From the NCBI GenBank assembly GCA_964537195.1, contig CAZHYZ010000001.1, positions 5,522 through 69,521 on the forward strand: 64,000 nt of DNA, read 5' to 3'. The translations under genes and the position numbers were made by a program. The notes beneath the pieces were generated by a model that was not told the DNA's origin, searched no databases, and saw only the letters and a program-made list of their open reading frames with translations. This DNA is from an uncultured Methanosarcinales archaeon (GTDB taxonomy: Archaea > Nanobdellota > Nanobdellia > Woesearchaeales > GW2011-AR15). This document shows positions 29,479 through 38,948 of the stretch, piece by piece (the stretch's first letter is position 1; every line of letters begins with the position of its first letter).

Positions 29479-30747
29479 GCTTTCTCTATAATCAAATCTT
29501 GTGAAATATGAACTTATTCCCGCATCTTTGAACTGCTTTTTTATCCATGCAATCTGTTTTTCTAGTTCTTCTGGAGAATCAAAAGGAGTAATTTTATATG
29601 AGCCGGTTCCTATATTAGGAACATAGATAGATGCTTCAAAAACAATCCTGTCTTCAAAAGTACTACTATTGTATTGGTTGTTTAGTGTAATTAATTGTTC
29701 AATAGTTGGTGAGAGAAATTCTCTTATAGGTATGCCTTCTAATTCTTTACCAAATCCAACAAGATAAGTTAATTTTAACTTTTGTAATTCTTGGAAACCA
29801 AGTATGTAGTGTATTGATTCTAGTTTTAATTCATCAGATACAGGTTTTCTTACTAAGTGTGAGTATTTTCCTAAACTTTCGATTCCAATGATGGCTCTAT
29901 TGAAAAAAGAATAAAATTTTCTAAAGTAATCTTCTGGGTTTGGATGGTTTTCTCTTAACCAATGAATGTTTTGTGCACTGTTAAATGCATTTATCTTTTC
30001 TAAGGAAGTGCCCCTAGCACCTGGAAAGTTATTCAATAAACCAATCATTAATTCAAGCGGATTTGGCACATCATGCTTAGATTCCAATCTAGATCTTTCG
30101 AATTCAAGCATATCATATCCCAAAGCAATTACTTCATTGAATAAGCCAGTTGAGGGATGAAAAAATCTAACTATATTTGTCACGTATGAGATGTTTTTTC
30201 TAATTTCATCTTCACTTTTTAGTCTAACATTCTCAGACATCGAATAAGGACAAAAAGGAGCACAATGATATCTACACCCATCCATAAATTTTAAGACAAC
30301 AGAAGTATCATTCATATCAGGAACGATATCTCCCTTAAACAACTTGTTGTATTCTTGAAACCACCTTGAAATCTTTTCATTAGTCCAGTGAAATATCCTT
30401 TTTCTTTTATCCCATTTAGGAAAATCCATGTCATTTATTTTGTGATATAATTTAGAAGTAACTCTTTTTTGTTCTTTTTCTGATTTTTTTTTAAATAAAC
30501 CAAAAGAGTTTCTTTGGAATTCTGCTTCATCCAAATTAGCATAAAGAAAAGTCCTAATTATTCCTGTAGGACCAAATTCAGCCACAAAGGGCCTTTCCAA
30601 CTCATCAAAACCCTTGCTTAATAATAAGAAATAGGAGTCTTCATCTGTTGTCTCTGCAACACAAATTAATTGAGTACTGTTATCTTCAGACAAAACTTCA
30701 TGTGCAGGAAGAGCTCCATCTCCTAACAACCTATTTATTAAATTCAT
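29455..30747 (-). CDS. Hypothetical protein with a CX3CX3C cysteine triad
   Basis: 430 aa; GCRYHCAPFCPYS could be a non-canonical Fe-S or radical-SAM-like site; otherwise unrecognised. Confidence 0.35.
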   Translation of the reverse strand: MNLINRLLGDGALPAHEVLSEDNSTQLICVAETTDEDSYFLLLSKGFDELERPFVAEFGPTGIIRTFLYANLDEAEFQRNSFGLFKKKSEKEQKRVTSKLYHKINDMDFPKWDKRKRIFHWTNEKISRWFQEYNKLFKGDIVPDMNDTSVVLKFMDGCRYHCAPFCPYSMSENVRLKSEDEIRKNISYVTNIVRFFHPSTGLFNEVIALGYDMLEFERSRLESKHDVPNPLELMIGLLNNFPGARGTSLEKINAFNSAQNIHWLRENHPNPEDYFRKFYSFFNRAIIGIESLGKYSHLVRKPVSDELKLESIHYILGFQELQKLKLTYLVGFGKELEGIPIREFLSPTIEQLITLNNQYNSSTFEDRIVFEASIYVPNIGTGSYKITPFDSPEELEKQIAWIKKQFKDAGISSYFTRFDYRESLPDRQIF

Positions 30748-30779
30748 AGAATTGGAGAAAAAGAAATTAATTAAAAAGA

Positions 30780-31058
30780 TTAACCAATAGCTCTTCTAAC
30801 ATCCGTAACTTCAACAGAATTAACACCTTCAATCTTAGAAATATTCTCTTCAAGAGGGTCTGTTGTACCGACATCTTCAGACATTACAAACATTATTTTT
30901 AAGGCCTTTAAGCCAAAAGCAACGTTTTCTTGTTCAGATTTATGATTATCAATACCTGCAAAATCTTTTATTTTTGCAAGGGCTTGTTCTTCTACTTTAC
31001 TAAGGTCTACTTCTGGAGAATTAGGCATTATCTTTAAAGTTATAACTATGTCTGCCAT
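30780..31058 (-). CDS. Translation elongation factor aEF-1 beta
   Basis: MADIVITLKIMP...GVNSVEVTDVRR matches aEF-1beta; start placed at the internal ATG (31058), since the upstream extension would overlap the Zn-ribbon gene. Confidence 0.8.
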   Translation of the reverse strand: MADIVITLKIMPNSPEVDLSKVEEQALAKIKDFAGIDNHKSEQENVAFGLKALKIMFVMSEDVGTTDPLEENISKIEGVNSVEVTDVRRAIG

Positions 31059-31059
31059 T

Positions 31060-31230
31060 TTAATTTGGTCCCTCAAATCCACATTCAGGACAAATGTACT
31101 TAGCAACTGTTTTTCTGCAATCTACACACCTGATTATTTCATATTTCCCACATTTTGGGCATAGAAATCTAGCTGTTCCTTCTCTATTGGCGATTTTTTT
31201 CTTACAGGTAATACACTTAAGTTCTGTCAT
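31060..31230 (-). CDS. Zn-ribbon protein (COG2888-like, the usual neighbour of aEF-1beta)
   Basis: Hand translation gives a 56-aa ORF, MTELKCITCKKKIANREGTARFLCPKCGKYEIIRCVDCRKTVAKYICPECGFEGPN, with four CxxC pairs; it falls below the 60-aa cut-off of the ORF track; the aEF-1beta linkage is conserved in archaea. Confidence 0.6.
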   Translation of the reverse strand: MTELKCITCKKKIANREGTARFLCPKCGKYEIIRCVDCRKTVAKYICPECGFEGPN

Positions 31231-31265
31231 TGTTTCACCTTCTAGAACCAGGATTTAAATCTACT

Positions 31266-31667
31266 TTAAAAAGGTTTTGTTGCTTCTGGAACAGATTCAA
31301 AGAGGCTCATTAAACCACGTTTTAATGATTTCTCATCAGAAATTTTTGCGTGAAGATGAGGTATAAGAGACCAGTGTGTGTTTTCTTCAGGATTGACAAA
31401 CATTATTTTTAATTTTGGATTTTTAATTAAAGAGTCCCATTCTTCAATTATGTGATTTAGATTTTCTTTAATATTTAGACAGACGATTACTATGCTTCCT
31501 TCTTTTTCTATGTCTTTAGATAAAACAGGAATGACGAAGTAATCTGTTTTCCCCCCATTTTTTAAAAAACATACAATCTTTTCTTTTTCATCTTTTCTTT
31601 CTTTTATGTTTTTCTTAAAATTATTCACATGATTAAGATATATAGAAGTCCATTGATTTAAGTTCAT
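31266..31667 (-). CDS. Conserved hypothetical protein
   Basis: 133-aa ORF overlapping its downstream neighbour by 4 nt (operon context). Confidence 0.35.
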   Translation of the reverse strand: MNLNQWTSIYLNHVNNFKKNIKERKDEKEKIVCFLKNGGKTDYFVIPVLSKDIEKEGSIVIVCLNIKENLNHIIEEWDSLIKNPKLKIMFVNPEENTHWSLIPHLHAKISDEKSLKRGLMSLFESVPEATKPF

Positions 31668-32179
31668 TTTTCTAGAGAAAAAAACTCTTTTCTTTCTTTT
31701 ATTTTGAATATTAGGTGTGGTGCAGCGAAACTAATAAGGTATATAATAGCAACAAACAAAGGGTTTGCTTTTAATGACAAACCCACTTTTATTGCCATTG
31801 ATTTTGCAACACCAATAACCACAAAAACAGTAATTGTAGCAATAACAGGGATTAATATCCCTGCAATAACATAATGTTTTATACTAATCTCATCTAGTTC
31901 TCTTATTATAACATCTATTAACATTCCAAAGCAAACCCCAATTGTGGCTACAAATAGAAAAACAAAAATCTGTGGCATTTCAATCATTAATGGGGTGATG
32001 CCTGCAAGAATGAACATATTCCCTGTTATGGCAACGAAAAGAGCTGTCCAATAAACAAACTTATCTAATCTTTTGTGTTTTGCTTTTTTAATTATATGTA
32101 GTGTTTTTGCTATGTGGTGATTATCCCATTCTTTTTTTCCTAATCTGTGTGCTAGCTTGTTGTGGTCTGTTGTAATCAT
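31664..32179 (-). CDS. Integral membrane protein (4 TM)
   Basis: 171 aa, four hydrophobic helices, start overlaps the MinD-like gene by 4 nt. Confidence 0.4.
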   Translation of the reverse strand: MITTDHNKLAHRLGKKEWDNHHIAKTLHIIKKAKHKRLDKFVYWTALFVAITGNMFILAGITPLMIEMPQIFVFLFVATIGVCFGMLIDVIIRELDEISIKHYVIAGILIPVIATITVFVVIGVAKSMAIKVGLSLKANPLFVAIIYLISFAAPHLIFKIKERKEFFSLEK

Positions 32180-32970
32180 CTCAATCCAAGCCTCTTTAAC
32201 ATATAATCTAATAACGAATCTTCTTTTTCAACGGACTCAACATATTTTTCTCCAAGTAATTCGGCTGCTAACTTTTTATAACCTAAAGATGAAGGGGCAT
32301 TTGGATGCGTATGGGTCACAGGAGATTTCATCTGTACGGCTTCTCTCATTGTTTCATCTTCTGGAATAAGTCCAATTACCGGAGTCTCAAGCATTGTCTC
32401 AACATCTTCCTTACTTAATTCAAGTTGGTCTTCATATACTCTTGTTAAAATTACTCCTGAAACCTTTTTTCCATGAGATTGTGCGTTTCTTATTGTTTTC
32501 AAAGCATCAACAACACTTGGTAGTTCTGGGGTTGATACCACAAGTATTTCATCACCAACTTTCATTGTATTAATTGCTTCCTCAGTCAACCCCGGACCAC
32601 TATCAATAATAATAAAATCAGCATGACCAGATAGTTCCCTAATTAATTTTCTGAATTTGGCATGATCAATTTTTTTATCTTTTATAGCAGTTCTGCCAGG
32701 TATTACTTTTAGACCGTGATTGTGCTGATACAAAGCATCTGTGATTGGTTTATCTCTTTCAAGAACATCATGTAAAGTTAGAGGTATGTTTGGAGCTCCT
32801 AGATAAAGAGAAAGGTTGGGAGTATCCAGATTAGCATCAACAACAATAACGTCTCTTCCAAACACAGTTAGTGCAGTGCCGAGGTTAATAGCTGTGGTAG
32901 TCTTACCTACACCACCTTTACTAGAGGCTATTACAATGAATTTAGTCATTTTGATATTTCTTCTCAACAA
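32176..32970 (-). CDS. MinD/ParA/Mrp-family P-loop ATPase
   Basis: Deviant Walker A KFIVIASSKGGVGKTT; the true start is probably the internal Met (MTKFIV), seven codons downstream of the listed start. Confidence 0.8.
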   Translation of the reverse strand: MLRRNIKMTKFIVIASSKGGVGKTTTAINLGTALTVFGRDVIVVDANLDTPNLSLYLGAPNIPLTLHDVLERDKPITDALYQHNHGLKVIPGRTAIKDKKIDHAKFRKLIRELSGHADFIIIDSGPGLTEEAINTMKVGDEILVVSTPELPSVVDALKTIRNAQSHGKKVSGVILTRVYEDQLELSKEDVETMLETPVIGLIPEDETMREAVQMKSPVTHTHPNAPSSLGYKKLAAELLGEKYVESVEKEDSLLDYMLKRLGLR

Positions 32971-33400
32971 AAGATATGAACTCTTTCAAAGAATGATAAT
33001 CTTCAGTGATATTGTCAATATTTACTTGAACAACTTTCCCATCTATGATGGCAGACATTGTAACATGTCTTCTGAATTCATTACTCTTTTCATAATTAGA
33101 TCTTCTTAATTTTCTAAAAACGAGATATTTTTCTATGTTTTCTTTGATCTGTTTTGAATCATACAACTCTAAAACCATTTGTGCTTTTTCTAGAGGAATG
33201 TCTGGAATTTGAACAATCTTTTTTTCAGAAAGTGCCTTCTCTAATAAGGCATCAACAATAAACTCATACGAATTAATCATTCTCCCAATAATACTAAGAA
33301 AAACATCAACAGTTCGTGTATACTTAAGCGTAACATAAATTAGATGATCAATTCTTTTAAGCTCTTCTTTAGCGTCTTTTAGTAATTCTTTCATTTCCAT
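32942..33400 (-). CDS. Alpha-helical hypothetical protein (paralogue of the next gene)
   Basis: The N-terminus ELKRIDHLIYVTLKYTRT parallels AEHVLNVTYPLLQD in the adjacent gene; start assumed at the internal Met to reduce overlap. Confidence 0.35.
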   Translation of the reverse strand: MEMKELLKDAKEELKRIDHLIYVTLKYTRTVDVFLSIIGRMINSYEFIVDALLEKALSEKKIVQIPDIPLEKAQMVLELYDSKQIKENIEKYLVFRKLRRSNYEKSNEFRRHVTMSAIIDGKVVQVNIDNITEDYHSLKEFISFVEKKYQND

Positions 33401-33857
33401 GTATAACACCTATTACTTCTTTCATAAAAAACTTTGCTTTTCTTAAATAATCTTTAATTTCTTGTTCCGTTATTGTACTTAATTTATAATCTCCGGATGC
33501 AAACACAAATTTGTCTTTTCTTATAAATTCTATGTCTGATTCTTTTTGTTTATCTGTAATCTCTTTTATTTCTTTCACAAAATTTAGGTATCCTGTACTA
33601 AGATTGTTAATCTTTAAACTTTTTTCTAAATTTGAATACCTCCCAACAAAAGATTCATTAAATGGGGGAATTTTTTTCTGTTGTCTATCAGCACATAAAA
33701 GAGCAGCCATTGTTTTATCTACACCAAGAAATATCTTGTGCAAGGCAAATTTTAAAATTTTAGGATCTTGTAAAAGAGGATAAGTTACATTAAGAACATG
33801 TTCTGCAACAGTAAGATACTTTGTTGCTTCTTTGATCGCTGTTTCATACTTTTCCAT
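33369..33857 (-). CDS. Alpha-helical hypothetical protein (paralogue of the previous gene)
   Basis: 162 aa; shares the N-terminal motif pattern with the 32942-33400 gene. Confidence 0.35.
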   Translation of the reverse strand: MEKYETAIKEATKYLTVAEHVLNVTYPLLQDPKILKFALHKIFLGVDKTMAALLCADRQQKKIPPFNESFVGRYSNLEKSLKINNLSTGYLNFVKEIKEITDKQKESDIEFIRKDKFVFASGDYKLSTITEQEIKDYLRKAKFFMKEVIGVIHGNERITKRR

Positions 33858-33889
33858 TATTCTTGGTAGTATTGTTCACTATAAAAACT

Positions 33890-34237
33890 TCACTCTTTTT
33901 GTAAATCCATAATGGCAGCTGCTAAATCTCCTTTATTTTTTTTAAGAGCCGTTTTGGCTTTTTCTTTAGTTACATTTGCTTGTTCCATTACGGTTTTTAT
34001 GTCTTCTTCACTGATTTCAATCTCTTCTTCAACAGGCCTTATTTCTTCTTCCCCACTCACTTGATAGCTCTTGTTTCCAGAAAAATCTATTTTCTGGACA
34101 GAAGGATTCCTAATAATGATATCCTCTCTTTTTGTTCTTATTATAACAGCTATAGCATCAATTTCTTCTTGTTTCATTCCAAGCTTTTTCATAGCTTGTT
34201 GCATTTGTCTTGGGTTCATACCGGGGAACATATTCAA
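33890..34237 (-). CDS. nac: Nascent polypeptide-associated complex protein (NAC alpha homologue)
   Basis: NAC domain (IRTKREDIIIRNPSVQKIDFSG) plus a C-terminal UBA-like helix bundle (TKEKAKTALKKNKGDLAAAIMDL). Confidence 0.75.
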   Translation of the reverse strand: MNMFPGMNPRQMQQAMKKLGMKQEEIDAIAVIIRTKREDIIIRNPSVQKIDFSGNKSYQVSGEEEIRPVEEEIEISEEDIKTVMEQANVTKEKAKTALKKNKGDLAAAIMDLQKE

Positions 34238-34270
34238 GAATGAATGTGAAGAAATTTAAAAAAGTTGTTG

Positions 34271-35389
34271 TTAAAAAAGGTTTTTTAACTCTTCAAAAGG
34301 AAAATATTTCACATATCTAAACAAAACAGGGTTATTTCTGGCAACAGATAGTAACATTTTTACTATATTCTCCCGGCTTTTACTATATAATATCTTTTTC
34401 ATTTTTCTCTGTGAGAAGATTCTTATTAGGTCGTTCCAGTCATTATCTGAGAATTTTTCTAACATCTTATGGATTATTAGGTGCGTGTGTAGATTTCTAT
34501 ATAGGGTTTTTCTCCATTCTCTGTCATAATTTTTACCTTTATCAACACATTCTGCAAGTATTTCTGCAGCCTTTAAACTCTGATTTATACCTCCGCCAGA
34601 AGTAGCTTTCACAAAAGTTGCTGCATCTCCTATTAAGTATATTTTTTCTTTTTGTGCTTTTACTCTTGGATTAAATATAGGAATAACACCGGATTGATTC
34701 TCTATTGTTTTTTTATCATAATTTTTTCCTATCTTTTCTTTAGCAAACTTTTTGAAAATCTTTACTCCGGAACCATATGAAGCAAGTCCAATTCTTACAG
34801 TTTTTTTATCTACAGGAACAATCCATCCATAGCTCCCTAAGTATGGATAAAATTCAACAACATTGTCATTTTTCTTTTTGACCTCTATTTGTGTTCCTAT
34901 TAAGAAATTTCTATTTTCAAACAATCCTACTTCTCTAGCGACAGTGCTATTTGGTCCATCTGCCCCGATTAAAATATCAACTTTTTGTTTTACTTTTTTC
35001 CCATTATTGTTTAGTATTATCTCGATTTTTTCTCCTCTAACATAAGATATAAAACTATGATTTAAATAGTATTTAGCACCTTCTTTTTTTGCTAATCCAG
35101 CAAGATAATTATCAAACTTCTTCCTACAGATAATATAATTTTTTTTGATTTTAGCACCTACAAACTTACCATTTGGTGCATAAATTCTGGTGTTATTTAC
35201 GGTGTTCACGACAAATTCCTCTTTTGGAGACATTATTGATACAAAATAATCACTTAAAATGCCCGTACACCGCACAGGAGACCCTATTTTTTGGTTTTTT
35301 TCATAGATGTGTACTTTGTGCCCGATTTTAGCTAAAAGATATCCAGTATAGCTTCCTGCGGGTCCAGCGCCAATTATAGCTATTTTCAT
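34271..35389 (-). CDS. Geranylgeranyl reductase family FAD-dependent oxidoreductase (digeranylgeranylglycerophospholipid reductase-like)
   Basis: MKIAIIGAGPAGSY FAD-binding GxGxxG at the N-terminus; GDAA motif (IGDAATFV); 372 aa. Confidence 0.85.
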   Translation of the reverse strand: MKIAIIGAGPAGSYTGYLLAKIGHKVHIYEKNQKIGSPVRCTGILSDYFVSIMSPKEEFVVNTVNNTRIYAPNGKFVGAKIKKNYIICRKKFDNYLAGLAKKEGAKYYLNHSFISYVRGEKIEIILNNNGKKVKQKVDILIGADGPNSTVAREVGLFENRNFLIGTQIEVKKKNDNVVEFYPYLGSYGWIVPVDKKTVRIGLASYGSGVKIFKKFAKEKIGKNYDKKTIENQSGVIPIFNPRVKAQKEKIYLIGDAATFVKATSGGGINQSLKAAEILAECVDKGKNYDREWRKTLYRNLHTHLIIHKMLEKFSDNDWNDLIRIFSQRKMKKILYSKSRENIVKMLLSVARNNPVLFRYVKYFPFEELKNLF

Positions 35390-35513
35390 AGTCCAGAGGA
35401 ATATATTCTATTTAATAAATAATCTGATTACTACTATTTAATAATAAAAAAGCAAAACATTTATATAGTACTTGTTCTTACTGTATGGTAGTTAAATAAT
35501 TAGAAAATAAAAG

Positions 35514-37424
35514 ATGGTCGACAAAATGAAAAAAAACATTTTATTTCGCTCTAGTATATTATTTGCATTAATGATATTTATATTGTTTTTTAACGCCAAC
35601 TCAGTAAGTGCTTTTGAAGGTTGTAAGATTGATTATTCAGTAGGTAATTCTGCGTGTTATGGTGTTTCAGACTGGGGTTCAACAGATATTAATCATTTAG
35701 TTAAAAAAGCAGCTAAGAACAACCCAGGAACAACATATATGGGCTGGTGTCCTTATGACGGCGCCAAACCTTATGCTACAAACGTAGTTGCTGCATGTGG
35801 TTGTCCTTCATTACCAAAACCAGCACCAGGAGATTTTTCAAGTGGAACCTGTAGTGCATGTGGAAACCCAGTTTATAGATATAATTCAGCTCCAACATGC
35901 GAAGACGAATGTTATCTTGGTCAGACAAAGTGTAGACCCGGAGATGATTTGTGGGTATGTGGAGATTTTGATTCAGATCCCTGTTTTGAATGGGGATTTG
36001 ATAAAAGTTGTGATTTTTCACATGAATCAGAATCATATTTTGTTTGTGAAAATGAAGATTCTGTAGAGTATAAAGAAGTAGGAGAAGGTTTTTGTAATGA
36101 TCAACCAGGATACAACGACTATTGTGATTCTACAGAAGACACTATTAGAGTAGATGAGACAGATTGTGGTTATACAACATGTGAAGATGAAGAATTTTGT
36201 CAAAATAATGATGTTTATTCTACTATAGAATGTGTTGAAAGAGGATGTAGAGAATCTACAGGAATATGTTATGAGCAAGAGACAAGTTTTACAGAGAAAG
36301 AACAGGAATGTGGAGAAGATACACAAACAGAAGATTATTGTGAAGGAGAAAACGTTGTTTATGAAATAGTAGATAGAGGATGTACGGAGAGTAATGGACA
36401 CGCTTCTTGTTTTGAAGACCCGGATAAAATTATTGTGGATGAATGTGGTCCTGACACTTGTACACCCTACACCGAGATGGATCCCTACACACAAGAATAT
36501 GTGTATGATGAAGAGAGCTGTATTGAAAATGGATATGCTTATTGCTCTCCAAATGACGAAGAAGTACATGATATGTGTATAACATCAGATATATTATGGC
36601 AGGCTTATTGTAATGGTCAGGATAGTGCATTTCAAGAGTTTAACTGTGGTCAGAAAACAGGTTGTTATGAATTTCAAGTAGAACAATGTTTCTATTGTGA
36701 AGATAACTATGGTAATTGTTATGAAAAGAATTGCACTGTTACAGGAGAAAAATATAGAACCTATTCATGTAGTTCAGGAGCATGCCAATATGAAGAAAAA
36801 GAACTTGTAGATGAAGACATGGACTTCAAAGATGATGAATATTGTGATGATTGTATAGATGTAGATAGAGATGGTATTTGTGATGACGTTGATAATTGTC
36901 CTGGAGTTAAAAATAGTAACCAAATAGATACAGATAAAGACGGTCTCGGAAATATGTGTGATAAGGATAGAGATAATGATGGATATTCAGAAAATGTAGA
37001 TTGTGATGACTGGAATCCAAACATAAATCCAGGAATGAAAGAGATTCCTAACAACAATATTGATGATGATTGTAATCCAGACACACCAGACTTTGTTGTA
37101 AATACTGCAAAAGAAGCATTGTATGTGGACATACAGATGACTGAAGAATATCTTAAAGCAGGAGAAGACGCAGTCATAATGGTCACAGTAAGAAACATGG
37201 CAAGCAAGGATATGGACAATGTTCAATTAACGGTTAGTATACCAAGATATCAAATATACCAAAGAAAACTATTATATGAAGTAGAATCAGGAGAGATAGT
37301 TTCAAGAATTTTTGAAATTAGGCTTCCAGAGAATTTGAAGACAGACTATGAATATTTAAGGGTTAGTGTTAGTAGCAACCAATACAAGAGAATAATCTAT
37401 AGAGAGATTAAGTTACCACAATAG
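35514..37424 (+). CDS. Secreted Cys-rich acidic surface protein with thrombospondin type-3 (Ca-binding) repeats and a C-terminal CARDB-like domain
   Basis: Signal peptide; about 60 Cys; DVDRDGICDDVDNCPGVKNSNQIDTDKDGLGNMCDKDRDNDGY fits the TSP3 DxDxDGxxDxxDNCP repeat; the C-terminal VTVRNMASKDMDNVQLTVSIP is CARDB-like. Confidence 0.7.
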   Translation: MVDKMKKNILFRSSILFALMIFILFFNANSVSAFEGCKIDYSVGNSACYGVSDWGSTDINHLVKKAAKNNPGTTYMGWCPYDGAKPYATNVVAACGCPSLPKPAPGDFSSGTCSACGNPVYRYNSAPTCEDECYLGQTKCRPGDDLWVCGDFDSDPCFEWGFDKSCDFSHESESYFVCENEDSVEYKEVGEGFCNDQPGYNDYCDSTEDTIRVDETDCGYTTCEDEEFCQNNDVYSTIECVERGCRESTGICYEQETSFTEKEQECGEDTQTEDYCEGENVVYEIVDRGCTESNGHASCFEDPDKIIVDECGPDTCTPYTEMDPYTQEYVYDEESCIENGYAYCSPNDEEVHDMCITSDILWQAYCNGQDSAFQEFNCGQKTGCYEFQVEQCFYCEDNYGNCYEKNCTVTGEKYRTYSCSSGACQYEEKELVDEDMDFKDDEYCDDCIDVDRDGICDDVDNCPGVKNSNQIDTDKDGLGNMCDKDRDNDGYSENVDCDDWNPNINPGMKEIPNNNIDDDCNPDTPDFVVNTAKEALYVDIQMTEEYLKAGEDAVIMVTVRNMASKDMDNVQLTVSIPRYQIYQRKLLYEVESGEIVSRIFEIRLPENLKTDYEYLRVSVSSNQYKRIIYREIKLPQ

Positions 37425-37548
37425 AGATAGTTACTACTTTAAAATACTAATAAAAGCGAAACCTTTAAATATTAAAGACTAGTCATGAAAACTAAGAAAA
37501 TCCCTATTCGGGGGAATAATTATAAAGAGGCAAAGGAGGTCATTCAAC

Positions 37549-38904
37549 ATGAAAAAAACAATGTTTGTGCTAGTAACATTCGTTATAGCCATACTAACTT
37601 TGTATTCAGCATTTGCTGACTCTCAGGAGTGTATAGACTGCTGCGGAGGAGGTCCATGTGATTCTGATCCAGCTGAAACACCAACGTTGGATATAGAGAC
37701 ATGTACAGTGGAGATAAACGATATTCCTTTAGAAGAAGACGTTGTATTAAACGAGGTCTTTGAAAGAGGAGAAGATCTTGAAATATTTGTTAGATTTCAA
37801 TCAAATCAGGACGCAGAGGATGTCCAGGTCATGGTATTTCTAACAGGATATCACAGATCAAAATACACAGATGATATATCTGATATGACATCAACTTTTG
37901 ATATCGAAGCAAACGACGGTATCCACAAGTATCTAGAATTAAGACTACCAGATGATTTCAGAGTGGATTCAGAAGATAGACTTAAAATAAGAATTGTTAT
38001 ATCTGATAAATACTCTACAACATATATTAAGGATTACAATATTAGAGTAGAGCCAAAAGACCATAACATAGTCATACAAGATATTCTATTAGATCCTTCA
38101 ACAAGAGTTCAGGCAGGAAGAGCTTTGTTCTCAAGCGTTAGAGTTAGAAACATGGGAGATGAAGACGAAGAAAGCATAAAAATTACAACTTCGATACCAG
38201 CTCTTGATGTTAAAGCAACAGAATATATTGATGAGCTTGAGTTTGACGAAGCAACAACCTCAGAAGACATGTTCTTAAGAATTCCAACATGTGCTGAACC
38301 AGGAGAATACGTTGTTAAAGTCACAGTTGATTATGCTGATGGAGACGAACTAGTAACAAAACAAACCAAAATAGAAGTTACAGAAAACCCAGAATGTCAA
38401 CTAATAGATGGTAGAGACGATAAAACAGTTGTTACTGTACCTGGAAGGCAAGATGTTATTAAAGGCACATCAGGAACAGTTTATCCAATTATATTGGAAA
38501 ACAGAGGAGTTACTGATAGATCTTATGAATTGTCAGCATCAGGATTAGATGCCTGGGCAACATACAGATTTGAGCCAGGAACGGTTGTTATTGTCAGAGC
38601 CGGAGAAATGAAGACAGCATACTTATATATTACACCAAAAGAAGAAGCTTCTGAAGGTGAGAAAGTCTTCATGGTAAATGTTGAAACACAAAACGACCAG
38701 AAACAAATTGGTCTTACAGCTAACGTAGTAGCAGGAGAAGCACCATCACCACTAGGAGATCTTGGAGATTTGAAAAGACCTCTTGAAATAGGTTTGATAG
38801 TGTTAGTAGTCTTGCTAGTAGTACTTGGCTTAGTAATTGGTTTCAGCAAAATGAAAGGCGAAGGCGAAGAGCCTGATGAAATATCAGGACAAACCTACTA
38901 TTAA
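37549..38904 (+). CDS. Surface protein with signal peptide, CARDB-like domains and a C-terminal TM anchor
   Basis: N-terminal signal; CCGGGPC motif; a repeated VRVRNMGDEDEESIKITTSIP pattern; the C-terminal hydrophobic helix LIVLVVLLVVLGLVIGF followed by a charged tail. Confidence 0.6.
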   Translation: MKKTMFVLVTFVIAILTLYSAFADSQECIDCCGGGPCDSDPAETPTLDIETCTVEINDIPLEEDVVLNEVFERGEDLEIFVRFQSNQDAEDVQVMVFLTGYHRSKYTDDISDMTSTFDIEANDGIHKYLELRLPDDFRVDSEDRLKIRIVISDKYSTTYIKDYNIRVEPKDHNIVIQDILLDPSTRVQAGRALFSSVRVRNMGDEDEESIKITTSIPALDVKATEYIDELEFDEATTSEDMFLRIPTCAEPGEYVVKVTVDYADGDELVTKQTKIEVTENPECQLIDGRDDKTVVTVPGRQDVIKGTSGTVYPIILENRGVTDRSYELSASGLDAWATYRFEPGTVVIVRAGEMKTAYLYITPKEEASEGEKVFMVNVETQNDQKQIGLTANVVAGEAPSPLGDLGDLKRPLEIGLIVLVVLLVVLGLVIGFSKMKGEGEEPDEISGQTYY

Positions 38905-38948
38905 TTTTTATTTTTTTATTTTTTTTATTTATTGAATAGGAGATAAAA

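Noticed and set aside
35776-37226. Minus-strand ORFs (86-178 aa) within the Cys-rich TSP3 protein gene
   Set aside because: Antisense to a long ORF with strong domain signatures. Low-complexity translations (Ser/Ile/Phe-rich) typical of shadow ORFs.
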